Source of the DNA: Bacteroidota bacterium
GTDB taxonomy: Bacteria > Bacteroidota > Ignavibacteria > UBA10030 > UBA8401
Length of the DNA: 64,000 nucleotides
Assembly: GCA_005792285.1 (NCBI GenBank)
Contig: SXSI01000050.1
Location: 4,297-68,296, forward strand
Direction of reading: 5' to 3'
In this document: positions 1-9,289 of the stretch, one piece after another
How positions within the stretch are numbered: the stretch's first letter is position 1
Layout: every line of letters starts with the position of its first letter
The notes under the pieces: model-generated
Told to the model about the DNA's origin: nothing
What the model saw: only the letters and a program-made list of their open reading frames with translations
Databases searched by the model: none
Position numbers and translations under genes: made by a program

Positions 1-3
1 AAA

Positions 4-2640
4 ATGGAAGAGCTTGTTACAAAACAAAAATTGGGCGGATTTATTTTTTCAATCGGAGATGTTTATGAATATGCAATTCAAATTAATAAACTTCAGAAAA
101 TTTCAAAAGTTCCACTTTTAATTGCCGGAGATTATGAATGGGGAATTGCAATGCGAGTTCGAAATTCAACAATGTTTCCGAGAGCAATGTCAGTTGGTGC
201 AACTGGCGATAGTTCACTTGCATACGAAATGGGATTTGCAATTGCAAAAGAAGCTCGCGCAATTGGCATTCATCAAAATTATGCACCGGTCGTCGATGTA
301 AATAATAATTCCATGAATCCTGTAATTAATACCCGCTCGTTTGGAGATAATCCTTTCATCGTAAGTAAACTTTCATCTGCATTTATTCGTGGCACACAAG
401 ATGGTGGAGTGATTGCAACTGCAAAACATTTTCCGGGACATGGTGATACTCAAATTGATTCGCATTTAGATTTGCCAACTTTAAATTTTCCAAAATCACG
501 GTTTGATACTTTAGAATTAATTCCATTTAAAGCAAGTATTGAAGCCGGAGTTCGATCAATGATGGTAAGTCATATTTCGATTCCTGCATACGATGGTGTT
601 TCAGGAATTCCTGCAACATTATCTCCGCAAGTAACAACAAATCTTTTGCAAAATGAACTTGGTTTTAAAGGATTGATTGTAACAGATGCACTCGATATGA
701 AAGGTGTTACAAAAAAATATGGAGTTGGCGAAGCAGCAATTTTGGCGATTAAAGCTGGGAATGATATTTTATTAATGCCACCAAGTGAACTACTTGCAAT
801 TCGTTCGGTCGTAAATGCAGTTAAGCGTGGAGAAATTCCTGAAGAAAGAATTAATCATTCTGTCAGAAAATTATTGAATGAAAAAAAGAAATTAGGATTA
901 AATGCAAACAGGTTAACTGATGTTGATAAACTTTTTGATGTTGTCGGATCTCTCGAACATAAACTTTTAGCACTTAAAATTGGGCGGAAGTCAATTACAG
1001 TTCTTGGAAATAAAAATAAATTACTCCCTTTATCAAAAAAGTTTGAAGGCAAAATATTAGATCTTGTAATTTCAGATTCTGAAGAACCGGCTGTTGGAAA
1101 AGATTTTCATTCCGAATTGCAAAATCGGTTGAACTCAAAAATTTCTTTCGAACGACTCGACATAAGAAGCAATCAAATGGATTACGAAGAAATATTAAAC
1201 AAGTCGAATAAAAATGATTTGGTAATTATTCAATGCCATTATTTTATTCGATCTGCGGCGATGACCGGATTTCTTAAAAAAGAACATCAGAATATTATAA
1301 ACTCAATTCTCGCACAAAATAAAAATGTAATAATTATTTCTTTCGGCAATCCTTATCTTATTTCGGAATTTCCAACAGCGCAAAATTATATTTGTAGTTA
1401 CAGTCCATCGGAAAGTGCAATTCGTGCAACTGCTGAAGTTATTTTTGCAGAAGTTCCTGCGGCAGGAAAATTGCCAATTACAATTCCAGCGAATTATAAA
1501 TTTGGTGAAGGTGTTGAATATCCTGCAACTATTTTGCGAGATGGAATTGTTGAAGAAGTCGGATTTGATTCCCAAAAATTCCACAAAGTTGATGAAATTA
1601 TAAATAGCGCAATTGTTGATAGTTCATTTCCAGGTGGTGTGCTTTTAGTTGCAAAAGATGGTGCAATAGTTCACAATAAAGGGTATGGTTTGTACGATTA
1701 TAGTTTGAATTCGCAACTTGTGAATGCAAATTCAATTTACGATTTAGCTTCAGTTACAAAAGTTATTGCATTAACATCTGCAGTTATGAAATTAGTTGGT
1801 GATAAAAAAATATCGTTGGATGAACTTGTTGTAAAATATATTCCCGAATTTGGTAAAAATGGAAAATCTAATATTACAATTTATAATTTGATGGTACATA
1901 ATAGTGGTTTGCCAGCATGGAGAAAATTCTACGACTTTACAAAAGATGAAAAAATAATGCTCGACAGCTTATATGCTTCTCAATTAATTTACAAAACAGG
2001 TGACTCAACTATTTATAGCGATCTCGGAATAATAACAGTTGGAAAAATAATTGAGAAGGTTTCTAAAACTACATTGGATAAATTTGTTGAAAAAGAATTT
2101 TTCGATCCGCTAGGAATGCATTCTACTTTTTATAATCCCAAAGCTCAGTATTTGGAAAGGATTGCGCCAACAGAAATTGATACGCATTGGCTAAAAGATA
2201 ATAAAGCAGTTCATGGAAGAGTTCACGACGAGAATGCAGCAGTACTTGGTGGCGTTTCGGGACATGCTGGATTATTTTCTACAACAAAAAATCTCGCAAT
2301 TATTTTACAAATGTTGCTGAATAATGGAAGTTATGGCGGAAGAGAATATCTTCAATCAAAAATTGTTAAAGAATTTACTACACGACAATCAACTTCAAGT
2401 ACACGCGCAATTGGTTGGGATACAAGAAGTTCAACAGGATCATTTTCAGGAAAATATTTTTCATCAAACTCATTTATACATACAGGATTTACAGGAACTT
2501 CAGTTGCAGTAGATCCAACAAAAAATTTAATTGTAGTTTTATTAACAAATCGAGTTTATCCAACAAGAGAAAATAAAAAAATCGGAATAATTAGACCAAA
2601 AATTCACGATGTAATTATGGAATCATTAATTAATAAATAA
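4..2640 (+). CDS. GH3 beta-N-acetylglucosaminidase (NagZ) fused to a C-terminal serine hydrolase/beta-lactamase-fold (AmiE-like) domain; probably 5'-truncated by the window edge
   Basis: GH3 motifs RSFGD and KHFPGHGDTQIDSH (Asp-His dyad); C-terminal half has ASVTK (SxxK), YSDLG and HTGFTG; frame is open upstream of position 4 and there is no signal peptide. Confidence 0.88.
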   Translation: MEELVTKQKLGGFIFSIGDVYEYAIQINKLQKISKVPLLIAGDYEWGIAMRVRNSTMFPRAMSVGATGDSSLAYEMGFAIAKEARAIGIHQNYAPVVDVNNNSMNPVINTRSFGDNPFIVSKLSSAFIRGTQDGGVIATAKHFPGHGDTQIDSHLDLPTLNFPKSRFDTLELIPFKASIEAGVRSMMVSHISIPAYDGVSGIPATLSPQVTTNLLQNELGFKGLIVTDALDMKGVTKKYGVGEAAILAIKAGNDILLMPPSELLAIRSVVNAVKRGEIPEERINHSVRKLLNEKKKLGLNANRLTDVDKLFDVVGSLEHKLLALKIGRKSITVLGNKNKLLPLSKKFEGKILDLVISDSEEPAVGKDFHSELQNRLNSKISFERLDIRSNQMDYEEILNKSNKNDLVIIQCHYFIRSAAMTGFLKKEHQNIINSILAQNKNVIIISFGNPYLISEFPTAQNYICSYSPSESAIRATAEVIFAEVPAAGKLPITIPANYKFGEGVEYPATILRDGIVEEVGFDSQKFHKVDEIINSAIVDSSFPGGVLLVAKDGAIVHNKGYGLYDYSLNSQLVNANSIYDLASVTKVIALTSAVMKLVGDKKISLDELVVKYIPEFGKNGKSNITIYNLMVHNSGLPAWRKFYDFTKDEKIMLDSLYASQLIYKTGDSTIYSDLGIITVGKIIEKVSKTTLDKFVEKEFFDPLGMHSTFYNPKAQYLERIAPTEIDTHWLKDNKAVHGRVHDENAAVLGGVSGHAGLFSTTKNLAIILQMLLNNGSYGGREYLQSKIVKEFTTRQSTSSTRAIGWDTRSSTGSFSGKYFSSNSFIHTGFTGTSVAVDPTKNLIVVLLTNRVYPTRENKKIGIIRPKIHDVIMESLINK

Positions 2641-2641
2641 A

Positions 2642-4198
2642 ATGAAATTATCTAAATTTAAAAACGAACCATTTACAAATTTCTCCACTTCGAAAAATAA
2701 AGAAGCGATGGAGAAAGCATTATTAAAAATTAAAAAAGAACTTGGCCATGAGTATCCACTTGTAATTGGTGGAAATGAAATTCGATTGGATGAAAAAATA
2801 ATTTCAATCAATCCTTCCTTGCCAAAAGAAGTAATTGGTATTTTCCAAAAAGGAAAAGTTGAACATGGAACAGCAGCAATTGAAACTGCAGCTAAAACAT
2901 TTGAAAGTTGGAAAAATGTTTCTGTTGAAAAAAGAGTTTCATTTTTAATAAAAGCTGCATCATTAATCAGAAAAAGAAAATTCGAATTTAACGCAGCGTT
3001 AGTTTATGAAGTTGGCAAAACATGGGCAGAAGCAGATGGTGATACAGCAGAAGCAATTGACTTTATGGAATTTTATGCGAGAGAAATGTTGCGACTTAGT
3101 AAACCACAACCGCTTACAAAAATTGCGACAGAAAAAAATGAATTAAAATATTTTCCACTTGGTGTTGGCATCATAGTTCCACCATGGAATTTTGCACTTG
3201 CAATTTTAGTTGGAATGTCAACCGCAGCAATTGTTTCCGGGAATACTGTTGTAATAAAGCCATCGAGTGATTCAATGTATACGGGTTGGAAATTTTTTGC
3301 ATTATTGAAGGAAATTGGTTTGCCGGATGGCGTAATTAATTTTATAACCGGTCCCGGCGGAAGTGTTGGCGAGGAAATGGTAAAACATCCACAAACAAGA
3401 TTTATTTCTTTCACAGGTTCGCGAGATGTTGGTGTTAGAATTAATGAACTTGCTGCAGTTGTACATCCTAGCCAAAAATGGTTGAAGCGTGTTGTCGCTG
3501 AAATGGGAGGAAAAGATTCAATTGTGATTGACGATAAAACTGATCTTGATGCAGCAGCACAAGCAACAGTAACTTCAGCATTTGGATATCAAGGCCAAAA
3601 ATGTTCTGCTGCTTCGCGAGCAATTGTACATGAAAAAGTTTATAATAAATTTGTAAATCTAGTTGTGGAAAAAACAAAAAAGATTTCAGTTGGAAATCCT
3701 TCTGAAAAAAATTCAAACATGGGACCTGTTATAAATAAAAGTTCGATGAATAAAATTCTTTCATACATCCAAAAAGGAATTGAAGAAGGTGGAGAATTAT
3801 TAACGGGCGGATCTCAAATTGGTGAAGAAGGTTTTTTTATCCAACCAACAGTTATTGGAAATGTTTCTCCAAAAGCAACGATTGCACAAGAAGAAATTTT
3901 TGGACCGGTACTTGCAATAATTAAAGCAAAAAATTTTGATGATGCATTAACAATCGCCAACAATACAGAATATGGATTGACTGGTGGTGTTTGGACAAAT
4001 GATCGTAAAAAAATTGAAAAAGCTAAAAATGAATTTCATGTTGGTAATTTTTATATTAATAGAAAAATTACTGGCGCTTTTGTAGGTGTTCATCCGTTTG
4101 GTGGATTTAATATGTCCGGAACTGATTCAAAAGCTGGTGGAAAAGATTATCTGTTACTTTTCACACAAGCAAAAACAATTTCAGAAAAAATAAAATAA
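2642..4198 (+). CDS. pruA: L-glutamate gamma-semialdehyde / 1-pyrroline-5-carboxylate dehydrogenase
   Basis: ALDH motifs PPWNF, FTGS, AEMGGKD, GQKCSA, EEIFGP; N-terminal FKNEPFTNF typical of RocA/PruA. Confidence 0.92.
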   Translation: MKLSKFKNEPFTNFSTSKNKEAMEKALLKIKKELGHEYPLVIGGNEIRLDEKIISINPSLPKEVIGIFQKGKVEHGTAAIETAAKTFESWKNVSVEKRVSFLIKAASLIRKRKFEFNAALVYEVGKTWAEADGDTAEAIDFMEFYAREMLRLSKPQPLTKIATEKNELKYFPLGVGIIVPPWNFALAILVGMSTAAIVSGNTVVIKPSSDSMYTGWKFFALLKEIGLPDGVINFITGPGGSVGEEMVKHPQTRFISFTGSRDVGVRINELAAVVHPSQKWLKRVVAEMGGKDSIVIDDKTDLDAAAQATVTSAFGYQGQKCSAASRAIVHEKVYNKFVNLVVEKTKKISVGNPSEKNSNMGPVINKSSMNKILSYIQKGIEEGGELLTGGSQIGEEGFFIQPTVIGNVSPKATIAQEEIFGPVLAIIKAKNFDDALTIANNTEYGLTGGVWTNDRKKIEKAKNEFHVGNFYINRKITGAFVGVHPFGGFNMSGTDSKAGGKDYLLLFTQAKTISEKIK

Positions 4199-4215
4199 TT
4201 TTTAGGAAAATATCA

Positions 4216-5811
4216 ATGCCAAACGAGATAAACAAAAATAATATATTAAGTGAATTAGGTTTAAGCAACATTGGAAATGTTTACTGGGATCTTTCAGTTG
4301 AAGCATTATATGATGAAATAATTAAAAGAAAAGAGGGAAGTAAATCTAAAGATGGTGCAATTGTTGTAACTACTGGCCAGCATACAGGAAGATCGCCAAA
4401 CGATAAATTTATTGTAAAAGAAGCTTCTTGTGAAGATAAAATTAATTGGGGAAAAGTAAATTGTCCAATCTCTGAAGAAAAATTTAATATTTTATTTAAT
4501 AGAATTACAAAATATTTATATGGAAAAGATTTATTTATCCAGAATTTATATGGCGGAGCAGATGAAAATTATAGATTGCCAGTTAGAGTTATAACTGAAT
4601 TTGCATGGCACAGTTTATTTGCGCAGGATTTATTGATTCTGCCAGATTCGCCGACACTTCACACTTCGAATGAGACATTTACTATAATAGATGTTCCAGG
4701 TTGTATTGCAACACCTGAAACTGATGGGACAAATTCCGAAGTATTTATATTAATTAATTTTGCAAAAAAAATTGTAATTATTGGTGGAACAAATTACGCA
4801 GGTGAAATTAAAAAATCGGTATTCACAATTTTAAATTATCTACTCCCGGAAAAAAATGTTTTTCCAATGCACTGTTCTGCAAACTCGGGAAAAAATAATG
4901 ACTCTGCTATTTTCTTCGGATTATCCGGAACTGGTAAAACAACTTTATCTGCCGATCCAAACAGAAAATTAATTGGCGATGATGAGCATGGTTGGAGTGA
5001 AAATGGAATTTTTAATTTTGAAGGGGGATGTTACGCAAAAGTAATTCGACTTTCAGAAAAAGCAGAACCGGAAATATTTCAGACAACAAAAATGTTTGGT
5101 ACTGTACTTGAAAATGTTGTGATGAATCCAATAACTAATGAAATTGATTTGAACGATTCTTCACTAACAGAAAATACACGAGCTGGATATCCACTTACAT
5201 TTATTCCAAACCATGAGCCAAGTGGAATTGGGACTCATCCAAAAAATATTGTGATGCTAACTTGCGATGCATTTGGAGTGATGCCGCCGATTTCGAAATT
5301 AACTAAAGATCAAGCTATGTATCATTTCCTTTCGGGATATACAGCGAAAGTTGCAGGGACTGAAAAAGGAGTTGGCAACGAGCCGCAAGTAACTTTTAGT
5401 ACATGTTTTGGAGCGCCGTTTATGCCATTACATCCAACTGTTTATGCAACAATGTTGGGTGAAAAAATGGATAAGCATAATGTAAATGTTTGGTTAGTAA
5501 ACACCGGTTGGAGTGGTGGCCCTTTTGGAATTGGTTCGAGAATTAAAATTGCATACACTCGTGCAATGGTAAATTCTGCACTTGAAGGGAAATTACAAAA
5601 TATTAATACCGAGGAAGATAAATTTTTTGGTTTGAATTATCTGGTTAGTTGTCCCGATGTTCCTTCTGAAATATTAAATCCAAGAAATACTTGGAAAAAT
5701 CCAAATGAGTACGACCAAAAAGCGATTGAGCTTGTAAATAGATTTAAGAAAAATTTTGAACAATACCATCAATTTGTATCTGATAAAATATTAAATTCTA
5801 GGATTAAATAA
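4216..5811 (+). CDS. pckA: phosphoenolpyruvate carboxykinase (ATP)
   Basis: TGRSPNDKF, GLSGTGKTTLSADP, IGDDEHGW, NFEGGCYAK, FSTCFGAPF. Confidence 0.97.
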   Translation: MPNEINKNNILSELGLSNIGNVYWDLSVEALYDEIIKRKEGSKSKDGAIVVTTGQHTGRSPNDKFIVKEASCEDKINWGKVNCPISEEKFNILFNRITKYLYGKDLFIQNLYGGADENYRLPVRVITEFAWHSLFAQDLLILPDSPTLHTSNETFTIIDVPGCIATPETDGTNSEVFILINFAKKIVIIGGTNYAGEIKKSVFTILNYLLPEKNVFPMHCSANSGKNNDSAIFFGLSGTGKTTLSADPNRKLIGDDEHGWSENGIFNFEGGCYAKVIRLSEKAEPEIFQTTKMFGTVLENVVMNPITNEIDLNDSSLTENTRAGYPLTFIPNHEPSGIGTHPKNIVMLTCDAFGVMPPISKLTKDQAMYHFLSGYTAKVAGTEKGVGNEPQVTFSTCFGAPFMPLHPTVYATMLGEKMDKHNVNVWLVNTGWSGGPFGIGSRIKIAYTRAMVNSALEGKLQNINTEEDKFFGLNYLVSCPDVPSEILNPRNTWKNPNEYDQKAIELVNRFKKNFEQYHQFVSDKILNSRIK

Positions 5812-5869
5812 CAATTCAATTTTATTAATGCAAAAGAATTAAAATAAATTTATAAAAACAAAAAAATAA

Positions 5870-7033
5870 ATGAAAATTCACGAATATCAAGCAAAAGAAA
5901 TTCTCGCAAAATATAAAGTCGCAATTCCAAAAGGGAAAGTTTCATTCACAGTTGATGAAGCAGTTGATGCTGCAAAATTAATTCAAGGAAATGTTTGGGT
6001 TGTTAAAGCTCAAATACATGCCGGTGGAAGAGGAAAAGGGGGAGGAGTAAAAATTGCAAAATCGATTGATGAAGTTAAAACTCATTCTCAAAATATTTTA
6101 GGTATGCAATTAATAACTCATCAAACTGGTCCGGAAGGAAGAAAAGTAAAAAGAATTTTAATCGAACAAGGTTTGAATATTGAGAAAGAATTTTATGTTG
6201 GAATTACACTTGATCGTTCTTGTTCGGAAAATGTTGTAATGGTATCAACTGAAGGTGGGATGGAAATTGAAAAAGTTGCTGCCGAAAATCCCGACAAAAT
6301 TATTAAAGAACATATTAGCTCGTCTGTTGGTATGAAACCATTTCAAGCGCGTAAACTTGCATTCGCACTTGGACTTGAAGGAGACGCATTTAAAAATTGT
6401 GTGAAATTTTTATTATCACTTTATGAAGCTTATCAAGATACCGATGCTACACTTTTTGAAATTAATCCATTAGTTCTGACGAAAGAAAAAAATATTATTG
6501 CACTCGATGCAAAAATGAATTTTGATGATAATGCTCTAAACAGACATCCTGAAATTTTAGCTCTTCGAGATTTAGATGAAGAAGAGCCACTGGAAATTGA
6601 AGCATCAAAATCTAATTTGAATTATATAAAGCTCGATGGAAATGTTGGTTGTATGGTAAATGGTGCGGGATTAGCAATGGCTACAATGGATATTATTAAA
6701 CTTGCTGGTGGCGAACCTGCAAACTTTTTGGATGTTGGAGGAGGTGCGAATGCCCAAACTGTTTCCAGTGGATTTAAAATAATTCTTGCAGATAAAAGCG
6801 TGAAGGCAATTCTTATAAATATTTTTGGTGGAATTGTTCGTTGTGACAGAGTTGCAACCGGGATTGTTGAAGCTGCAAAGATTGTAAAAATAAATATACC
6901 AATCGTTGTTCGACTTGCCGGAACAAATGCCGATATCGCATCAAAAATTTTACAAAACTCAGGATTGAAATTTGAAATAGCACATAATTTAACTGATGCT
7001 GCAGAAAAAGTTACAAAAGTATTAGCCGCATGA
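5870..7033 (+). CDS. sucC: succinyl-CoA synthetase beta subunit
   Basis: [53 protein letters not shown]. Confidence 0.97.
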   Translation: MKIHEYQAKEILAKYKVAIPKGKVSFTVDEAVDAAKLIQGNVWVVKAQIHAGGRGKGGGVKIAKSIDEVKTHSQNILGMQLITHQTGPEGRKVKRILIEQGLNIEKEFYVGITLDRSCSENVVMVSTEGGMEIEKVAAENPDKIIKEHISSSVGMKPFQARKLAFALGLEGDAFKNCVKFLLSLYEAYQDTDATLFEINPLVLTKEKNIIALDAKMNFDDNALNRHPEILALRDLDEEEPLEIEASKSNLNYIKLDGNVGCMVNGAGLAMATMDIIKLAGGEPANFLDVGGGANAQTVSSGFKIILADKSVKAILINIFGGIVRCDRVATGIVEAAKIVKINIPIVVRLAGTNADIASKILQNSGLKFEIAHNLTDAAEKVTKVLAA

Positions 7034-8484
7034 GTTTAGAGAATTACGAACCGGTTATTGGTCTTGAAGTTCATGCTCAGCTTTTAACAAAAACAAAAGC
7101 ATTCTGTTCTTGTCCAACTACTTTCGGTTCAACTCCAAACAGCAATGTCTGTACCATTTGTTTGGGAATGCCGGGGGTCCTTCCAGTTTTAAATAAACAA
7201 GTTGTGGATTTTGCAATTTTAATGGGTCTCGCAACTAATTGTAAAATTTCTAATCGTTTTGTTTTCGCAAGGAAAAATTATTTCTATCCCGACTTACCAA
7301 AAGGATATCAGATTTCTCAATATGAAAATCCAATCTGTGAAAATGGATATCTTGATATTGAATTAGAAAATGGAATATCAAAACGAATTGGAATTACAAG
7401 AATTCACATGGAAGAAGATGCTGGCAAATCAATTCACGATCTTGATGTTGATACTTTAGTTGATGTAAACCGATGCGGAGTTCCTTTAATTGAAATAGTA
7501 AGTGATCCGGATTTTTGTTCGTCGAAGGAAGCATTCAAATATTTAACACTCATAAAACAAATTGTAACTTATCTTGGAATTTGCAATGGGAATATGGAAG
7601 AAGGAAGTTTGAGGTGCGATGCAAATGTTTCTGTAAGAAAAAAAGGTGAATCAAAATTCGGTACGAAAACTGAAGTTAAGAATATGAACTCCTTTAGAAA
7701 TGTTGAACGAGCATTGGAATTCGAAATCAACAGACAAATTGAACTTGTAGAAAAAGGGGAAAAAGTAATTCACCAAACATTATTATGGGATGCAAATAAA
7801 AATATTGCACTTCCAATGCGAAGTAAAGAAGATGCTCACGATTACCGATATTTTCCCGATCCCGATTTAGTCCCTGTATTAGTTGATGAAATTTGGAAGA
7901 ATAACATTGAGAAGACAATGCCAGAACTTCCAGTTGCAAAGTTGAGTCGATTTATAAAAGACTTTTCATTGCCAAATTATGATGCCGAAATATTAACTTC
8001 CGAAAGAGAAACTGCTGATTATTTTGAGAATTCTGTTAATTTGCTTCAGGATAAAAATGTTGAAAATTATAAACTTACAAGCAATTGGATTATGACCGAT
8101 TTGTTGCGAGTTATGAAAGATGAACATGTTAAAATTGGCGAAATAAAAGTTACTCAGAAACATCTTGCAGAGTTGATAAATAATATTTCAACAGGATTGA
8201 TAAGCGGTAAAATTGCAAAAGATATTTTTACAGAAATGCTGCAGTCAGGAGAAATGCCAAAAGAAATAATTTCAAAAAAAGGATTAACTCAGCTTTCCGA
8301 TGAAACAGAAATTGAAAATATTGTAGTAAAAATTATCGAACAAAATCCAGATGAGACAAATAGATATCGAGAAGGAAAAGTTCAGTTGATTGGATTTTTT
8401 GTTGGAGAAGTTATGAAAGCAACGAGAGGAAAAGCTAATCCAAAAATTGTAAATAAAATATTAGAAAGTAAATTAAATAAGTGA
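7030..8484 (+). CDS. gatB: Asp/Glu-tRNA(Asn/Gln) amidotransferase subunit B
   Basis: [58 protein letters not shown]. Confidence 0.97.
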   Translation: MSLENYEPVIGLEVHAQLLTKTKAFCSCPTTFGSTPNSNVCTICLGMPGVLPVLNKQVVDFAILMGLATNCKISNRFVFARKNYFYPDLPKGYQISQYENPICENGYLDIELENGISKRIGITRIHMEEDAGKSIHDLDVDTLVDVNRCGVPLIEIVSDPDFCSSKEAFKYLTLIKQIVTYLGICNGNMEEGSLRCDANVSVRKKGESKFGTKTEVKNMNSFRNVERALEFEINRQIELVEKGEKVIHQTLLWDANKNIALPMRSKEDAHDYRYFPDPDLVPVLVDEIWKNNIEKTMPELPVAKLSRFIKDFSLPNYDAEILTSERETADYFENSVNLLQDKNVENYKLTSNWIMTDLLRVMKDEHVKIGEIKVTQKHLAELINNISTGLISGKIAKDIFTEMLQSGEMPKEIISKKGLTQLSDETEIENIVVKIIEQNPDETNRYREGKVQLIGFFVGEVMKATRGKANPKIVNKILESKLNK

Positions 8485-9242
8485 GAACTAAACTTGTAGT
8501 TGGAAATTGGAAAATGAATTCCGGAATTGAAGAAACAAAAAACTTTTTTGAAAATTTAATTGAAAATTCCAGTTTACAAAATATAAATCACTTGATGCAA
8601 GTTTGTATTTGCCCCCCTTTTACTTCATTAAATACGGCTTCTCAACTTTTACAAAATTCAACAATCGCATTGGGAGCGCAAGATGTATCTGTAAACGAAA
8701 ATGGTGCATTCACTGGCGAAGTTTCAATTTCAATGTTGAAAGAATTGAAATGCCAATTTATAATAGTCGGACATTCAGAAAGAAGAATGTATTTTAAAGA
8801 AACAGATTCACTTATAAATAAAAAAGCAATAAAAATTTTAGAACATAAACTTACTCCAATAATTTGCGTTGGCGAAACACTCGAGCAAAGAGAAGCTGAT
8901 GAGACAAATGAAGTAATTAAAGAGCAAATAAATGGTGTTATTGAAAATATGTCGAATGAAGATTTGCTAAAAATTGTAATTGCATACGAACCAGTTTGGG
9001 CAATCGGAACGGGGAAAAATGCAACATCGAAACAGGCGGAAGAAGTTCATTTATTTATTCGCAAACTATTAACTATTAAATCTAATATTAATGTTTCAGA
9101 ATCAATTTCAATTTTATATGGTGGAAGTGTAAAGCCTGAAAATGCAAAAGAATTATCTGAACAAGAAAATATTGACGGCTTTTTGGTTGGTGGAGCATCT
9201 TTGAAAGTTAATTCTTTTATTTCGATAATTCAGAGTTTTTAA
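8481..9242 (+). CDS. tpiA: triosephosphate isomerase
   Basis: GNWKMN, GHSERR, AYEPVWAIGTG, LYGGSV, LVGGASL; GTG start overlaps the gatB stop. Confidence 0.97.
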   Translation: MRTKLVVGNWKMNSGIEETKNFFENLIENSSLQNINHLMQVCICPPFTSLNTASQLLQNSTIALGAQDVSVNENGAFTGEVSISMLKELKCQFIIVGHSERRMYFKETDSLINKKAIKILEHKLTPIICVGETLEQREADETNEVIKEQINGVIENMSNEDLLKIVIAYEPVWAIGTGKNATSKQAEEVHLFIRKLLTIKSNINVSESISILYGGSVKPENAKELSEQENIDGFLVGGASLKVNSFISIIQSF

Positions 9243-9289
9243 GTTTTATCCGTTTTAATTCAGAAAAACCCTAGTTATATTAATTAATA

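Noticed and set aside
4606-4622. TGGCAC...TTGC sigma-54-like motif, looked for because rpoN is present
   Set aside because: The spacing is wrong and it lies inside pckA.
5870-7033. sucC without sucD (and rfbA at 56053 without rmlBCD)
   Set aside because: Split arrangements are common in FCB genomes; the partners are probably elsewhere.
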